From assembly GCA_964016885.1 (NCBI GenBank), contig OZ024756.1:13206001-13270000 (forward strand): DNA of 64,000 nucleotides, given 5' to 3'. The notes beneath the pieces were generated by a model, which worked only from the letters and a program-made list of their open reading frames with translations, ran no database searches and was not told where the DNA came from. The DNA comes from Eledone cirrhosa. Lineage: Eukaryota. A program made the position numbers and the translations under genes. This document shows, one piece after another, positions 58,168 through 64,000 of this stretch; the stretch's first letter is position 1, and the number at the start of each line of letters is the position of its first letter.

Positions 58168-58412
58168 AGAAATTGTAAAAAAAGAAATTGTAAAAAAAGA
58201 AATTGTAAAAAAAGAAATTGTAAAAAAAGAAATTGTAAAAAAAGAAATTGTAAAAGAAGAAATTGTAAAAAAAGAAATTGTAAAAAAAGAAATTGTAAAA
58301 AAATAAATTGTAAAAAAAGAAATTGTAAAAAAAGAAATTGTAAAAAAAGAAATTGTAAAAAAAGAAACTGTAAAAAAAGAAATTGTAAAAATAGAAATTG
58401 TAAAAAAAGAAA
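58168..58412. repeat. 15-bp tandem repeat (AGAAATTGTAAAAAA)
   Basis: Seen directly. Confidence 0.92.
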
Positions 58413-58662
58413 AAAAAAAGAAGCGAAAATCTAAGCTAAAAATAGGACTACAGAATGTTTTACTAAAATGATGGTAAAAAGTGTCCCTACATGACCAATA
58501 CCTGAGAAATCAGACATAACAACAACTGGGGGCTTTCATACACTGGAAGTTATGCCAGCATTATGTTATACTAACAGAAAAGAGGTGAGACAGATATACG
58601 CCAGAATGACGAAGCGACCATATTTGGGGACGTGCCAATAAAAGGAGACAGGGAAATATATA

Positions 58663-59368
58663 TAACACCACAAGGTACCACACTACATGAAGTAACACCA
58701 CAAGGTACCACACTACATGAAGTAACACCACAAGGTACCACACTACATGAAGTAATACCACAAGGTACCACACTACATGAAGTAACACCACAAGGTACCA
58801 CACTACATGAAGTAACACCACAAGGTACCACACTACATGAAGTAATACCACAAGGTACCACACTACATGAAGTAACACCACAAGGTACCACACTACATGA
58901 AGTAACACCACAAGGTACCACACTACATGAAGTAATACCACAAGGTACCACACTACATGAAGTAACACCACAAGGTACCACACTACATGAAGTAACACCA
59001 CAAGGTACCACACTACATGAAGTAACACCACAAGGTACCACACTACATGAAATAACACCACAAGGTACCACACTACATGAAGTAACACCACAAGGTACCA
59101 CACTACATGAAGTAACACCACAAGGTACCACACTACATGAAGTAACACCACAAGGTACCACACTACATGAAGTAATACCACAAGGTACCACACTACATGA
59201 AGTAACACCACAAGGTACCACACTACATGAAGTAACACCACAAGGTACCACACTACATGAAGTAACACCACAAGGTACCACACTACATGAAGTAACACCA
59301 CAAGGTACCACACTACATGAAGTAACACCACAAGGTACCACACTACATGAAGTAACACCACAAGGTAC
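58663..59368. repeat. 30-bp minisatellite (~23 units)
   Basis: Unit TAACACCACAAGGTACCACACTACATGAAG. Confidence 0.95.
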
Positions 59369-60435
59369 TAATAATAATTCTGTCGTAGTTAATAATTGTT
59401 TCTGATTTAGGCACAAAGCCAGCAATTTAATCCACCCCAGTACATTACTGGTACTTTGTTTTATCGACCCAGTAAGGATGAAAGGCAAAGCTAACCTCTA
59501 TGCTGCAAAGCATGTTGACTGGCGCTCGACCGATTACTGCAAATCAAATGATTTTGTAGTAGTTAATAATAATAGTTTGGAAATAATGATTTCGTAATGG
59601 TTAATATTAATGGTTAAGAAGGAATAATTCCGTAGTAGTTAATAATAATGGTTAAGAAGTAATAATTCTGTAGTAGTTAATAATGGTTAGGAAGTAATAA
59701 TTCCATAGTAGTTAATAATAATGGTTAGGAAGTAATAATTCTGTAGTAGTTAATAATGGTTTTGCAAACAAGAGGAATAATAATGTTCGACATTTCTCTA
59801 AAGTGAATTGGTTTCCTGTAAATTGTGAGACAAAAGGAGAGTGTAAGAATAGAGGTGTTTTATGGAGGAGGAGGAAGGGGAGAATGGGAAGAGATGGGGG
59901 TGGGAGAGGAGGAAGAGAATAGGAAGAGGTGGGGTGGAAGTGGAGAATGTGGGGTGAGAGGCGATTGAAGAAGAAGAAGAAGAAAACAGAAACAGAAGAA
60001 GCATGGTAGTGTTGATGGTGGTGTTGGTGGTGACAGGGGTTGTGCTGGTGGTGGTGACAGGGGTTGTGGTGGAGGTGGAGGTGGTGGTGGTGGTGACAAG
60101 GGTGGTGGTGGTGGTGTTGTTGTTGATAATATCTTAAAAGGTGTCGAGGGATGGGTAGGTGTTTTAATGTTGACAAAAATATATTTAAATTTAGAAGCTG
60201 TTATCAGTAGAACTGTTGGTGTGAGCTGAAACACCAGTTAAGATGAGATAATGGAATAACAGTCAGAGAATGATAGAATCATGGAACCTACAGGCTTATA
60301 AACAGAGAGGCCCAATCACTCGTGCCATTTTTGCCACATTCACCCACCTTTCAGTAAATTTACTGGGGTACAGTGCCTCTCTCTCCACTCTGATTCTCCT
60401 TCTAAAGTGATACCTAAAGAAGGGAATCAATTGTT

Positions 60436-62180
60436 GATAGATAGATAGATAGATATGTTTCTTTATTAGCCACAGGGGCACAAAAGAAGGGGACAAATAC
60501 AAAGGGGGAAGTTTACATACAATAAAAATGTGTAAAATATTATCACAAATACAATTTAAATGTTAATCGATTTTCCCCAATAGGGGGAGACATTTCATAT
60601 GGGTAACATACCCACGAAAAAATGTGCAACCCTCATCTCCAGGAGTACGAAGTGCGAGTACCCCTTTCCTCACTTCCTCTTTTTCCTCAACCTACAGGCT
60701 GTTATAGAGAGAAGGCCCATTCACTCGAGCCATTCTCGCCACTTTCACCCACCCTTCATAAAACTTGCTGGGGTACAGCACCTCTCTCTCCATCCTGATT
60801 CTTCTTCCAAAGTGGTATTTGAAAAAGAGAATCAGTTGTTGGCCGGAGAGAAAGGTGTCTGACCTCAGCTCTTTCAACCTTGTCCACCATACAACCTCTT
60901 TCGCCATAGCTATTACACAAAGGAAAACCGCCTCTCCTTCGTTTTTGAAGGAGGGTGGGGGTTTGATCATGACAATGGACTCGGTGGTCAACCGGATTGG
61001 GCCCACCCGCGACAATAGTCGTTCTACATAGCCCCACAGGTCGGTAACGCCCGGGCAGAGTATGAATGCGTGCGCGACGGTTTCTTCGTCTCGCACGCAC
61101 CTCGGACAGATCTTTTTCGAAGGGTCCCTGCCCGGGCGCCCATGTCTGTAGAGCTTGTCTCGAACTGGTAGAGCTCCTCGGTAGCACTGCCAGGCCAGGG
61201 ACCTTTGGAAGTTGTCCATCGGTCCTGGGCGAAAGGTCCTACCGAATAGGCTGGCCAGTTCGTCTTCCTCTACGCCCAGAGTTTCACCGAGCACGCCGTC
61301 GCACTTGCTGCAGATCAACCCTCTATAGAATGACGAAGTGGAGTCTCCACTGATCGCCGGGTCCGCCTGCCAGAGGGCTGTGAGCGCCTGTCGGCCATTT
61401 TCCTCGCTCTTTGCTTCTTGACCCAGGACTGCAGCTCGGTCAGCTAGACGAGTCACACACCGGTTGTCCGGTGAGGAATACGTAGAGATGCCGCAGCCTG
61501 AGCACGTGTTTGCGCATCGTCAGCCACGGCATCCCCGGCCCTCCGTTGGAAGGGCGTTGGCAGCAGATGGATCTTCTCACCAAAGGAGCCCGCCTCTTCC
61601 AAAGGAATTGGAAGACCGTGCGCTCCATTTTGGCGAGCGTTTTGGCTGGACAGGGCACAACGGTCAAGCGGTAGTAGATGACGGACGCTATAAAAATGTT
61701 CGCCACCTCCGCTCGACCTTTCAAGGATAGTTTGCACTCGGCCCACTTCTGGGTGAGTGCAAACACCTTGGCCGTCACCTCGTTTTAGTTCTTCTCCACC
61801 TGGAGGTCCGGACCAAACCAGACCCCGAGCAGCTTTACCGGTCCTTCCGTCCAGCGTCCGACGACGCCATCGGAAGGCATCGGTCTGCCTCTCCACGATC
61901 CGAGTTGCAAACCGATGGACTTGTCCCGGTTCAGCTTCGCTCCTGTGAGCCTTTCGTATTCCTTCAGTAAGGTGCCGACCTCCTCGATTTGCGAGGTGCT
62001 CGACACCATTACTGTCACGTCGTCGGCGTAGGCCAACGCCGCTTTCCGCAGTCCCGGTTCCAGAGGGATGCCCTGCAATAGTTCCAGCTTCCGCAGTAGT
62101 GGCTGGAGAGTCAGTACGTACAGAAGGGAGGAGAGAGGGCATCCCTGTCGAATGGATCGCGTGATATGGAACGGCTCGGT
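60436..62180 (-). mobile_element. 5'-truncated, disrupted L1/Tx1-clade LINE (RT C-terminus + zinc-binding domain + 3' UTR with (TATC)n tail)
   Basis: IRQGCPLSPLLYVLTLQPLL, AYADDVTV, GAKLNRDKS, LSLKGRAEVAN, and CPRC...EETVAHAFILC, spread over several frames. 3' end AATAAAGAAACA(TATC)n. Confidence 0.9.
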
Positions 62181-62196
62181 AGAGATAGATAGGTAA

Positions 62197-62228
<32 letters not shown>

Positions 62229-63059
62229 GTAGATAGATAGGTAGATAGATATATTTCTTTATTAGCCACAAGGGCGCACAAGAAAAGGGACAAAACAAGG
62301 ACACATGTCGGGGATTTTACATACAATCGTGTAAAATATTGAAACAAACAAGATAGATAGATAGATACATAGATAGATAGATAGATAGAGAGAGAAAGAG
62401 AACGATTGATAGATACAGACAGCCATACACACACACACGCTCACACACAAACACACACACATATATAAATGGGAGGCACAGACAGACATACATTCAGACA
62501 GACAGACAAATATTCAGAATTAAATAAATTTGAAATGAAAAAAAAAAAAACTAAAATATATTCCAAATGTTATCTCAAAGAGAGGAAAGCAATTTAATAA
62601 TATTTAAAAAGGTGGTGTGAGTGTGGGTGTAGGTGTGGAGATGGTGTTGGGGTGGGTGGGTTGTGTAATGTGTTGGGGGCGTGGAATGATAAATGGAATG
62701 AGTTAATTGATTATGACGAGGAAGACTTTGTTGATGATGATGATGATGGTGATGGTGATGATGATGATGATGATAGTGATGGTGATGATGATGATGATGA
62801 TGGTGATGATGGGGATGATGATGATGATGATGATAATGATGATGATAATGATGGTGATGATGATGATGGTGGTGATGATGAAGCGGAGGGAAGAAGAAGG
62901 GGAAGAAATGAGGTTTATTTGTCAACATATTCTCTGGAAAGAAACAATGCAGTTATTAATTAGAAGAGTTGAAATGAATGCATGCAAGATTTCACAGCTC
63001 TAACATCACTCCTTTATACTCAGCCAATGAACTTTTCAGCTGACTTTCGTATATATCAC

Positions 63060-64000
63060 AAACAATCCTCCCTGTATAAAACTCCCCTCTCTCCCTGACA
63101 TCAGTGTTGTCCAAGGAAGACCAGCAATCCTCCGTGTATAACACTCTTCTATCTCCCCGACACCGATGTCGACCAAGACCAGCAATCCTCCGTGTATAAT
63201 ACTCTCCTCTTTCCCCGACACCAATGTCGACAAAGACCAGCAATCCTCCGTGTATAATACTCTCCTCTTTCCCCGGCACCAATGTCGACCAAGACCAGCA
63301 ATCCTCCGTGTACAACACTCTCCGCTTTCCCCGGCACCAATGTCGACCAAGACCAGCAATCCTCCGTGTATAACACTCTTCTCTCTCCCCGACACCAATG
63401 TCGACCAAGACCAGCAATCCTCCGTGTACAACACTCTCTGCTTTCCCCGGCACCAATGTCGACCAAGACCAGCAATCCTCCGTGTATAACACTCTTCTCT
63501 CTCCCCGACACCAATGTCGACCAAGACCAACAATCCTCCGTGTACAACACTCTCCGCTTTCCCCGGCACCAATGTCGACCAAGACCAGCAATCCTCCGTG
63601 TATAACACTCTTCTCTCTCCCCGACACCAATGTCGACCAAGACCAGCAATCCTCCGTGTACAACACTCTCCGCTTTCCCCGGCACCAATGTCGACCAAGA
63701 CCAGCAATCCTCCGTGTATAACACTCTTCTCTCTCCCCGACACCAATGTCGACCAAGACCAGCAATCCTCCGTGTATAACACCCTTCTCTCTCCCCGGCA
63801 CCAATGTCGACCGAGACCAGCAATCCTCCGTGTATAACACTCTTCTCTCTCCCCGGCACCAATGTCGACCAAGACCAGCAATCCTCTGTGTATAACACTC
63901 TTCTCTCTCCCTGATATCAACGTTGTCCAAGGAGAACCACCAGTTCTCTGTGTATAACACTCTCCTCTTTCCCCGGCATCGACGTTATCCAAGCTAGACC
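63060..64000. repeat. 58-bp minisatellite with 116-bp dimeric alternation
   Basis: Unit CACCAATGTCGACCAAGACCAGCAATCCTCCGTGTATAACACTCTTCTCTCTCCCCGA. Spurious ORFs repeat every 116 bp. Confidence 0.93.

Noticed and set aside
58578-58674. Possible plus-strand exon KRGETDIRQNDEATIFGDVPIKGDREIYITPQG
   Set aside because: No polypyrimidine tract, a weak donor that is part of the 30-bp repeat, no partner exons and no recognisable domain.
62992-63992. Overlapping 250-320-aa ORFs
   Set aside because: Products of the 58/116-bp minisatellite, open in several frames.

Overview
This is AT-rich, repeat-saturated eukaryotic genomic DNA. The SINE types, microsatellite load and LINE content suggest an octopod cephalopod (inference). 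The window holds two large satellites (29-bp at 1-11.1 kb, 54-bp at 23.3-32.0 kb), several minisatellites, many tRNA-derived SINEs, non-autonomous Helitrons, a MITE and decayed LINEs. It contains one recognisable host gene: a spliced, minus-strand Ly6/uPAR (quiver/sleepless-like) GPI-anchored protein at 37.7-42.3 kb. The most striking hidden structure is a population of short Penelope-like/retrozyme-like inserts that sit in (TA)n tracts and are mostly built as fold-back palindromes with a one-sided tail. I found about 22 type I hammerhead ribozyme motifs in them by eye, from roughly ten sequence families. They include U3-A8 compensatory core variants, a hammerhead with a 28-bp G-U-rich stem III, and a 303-nt circularly permuted monomer. 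Nearly all long ORFs in the supplied track are repeat artefacts.
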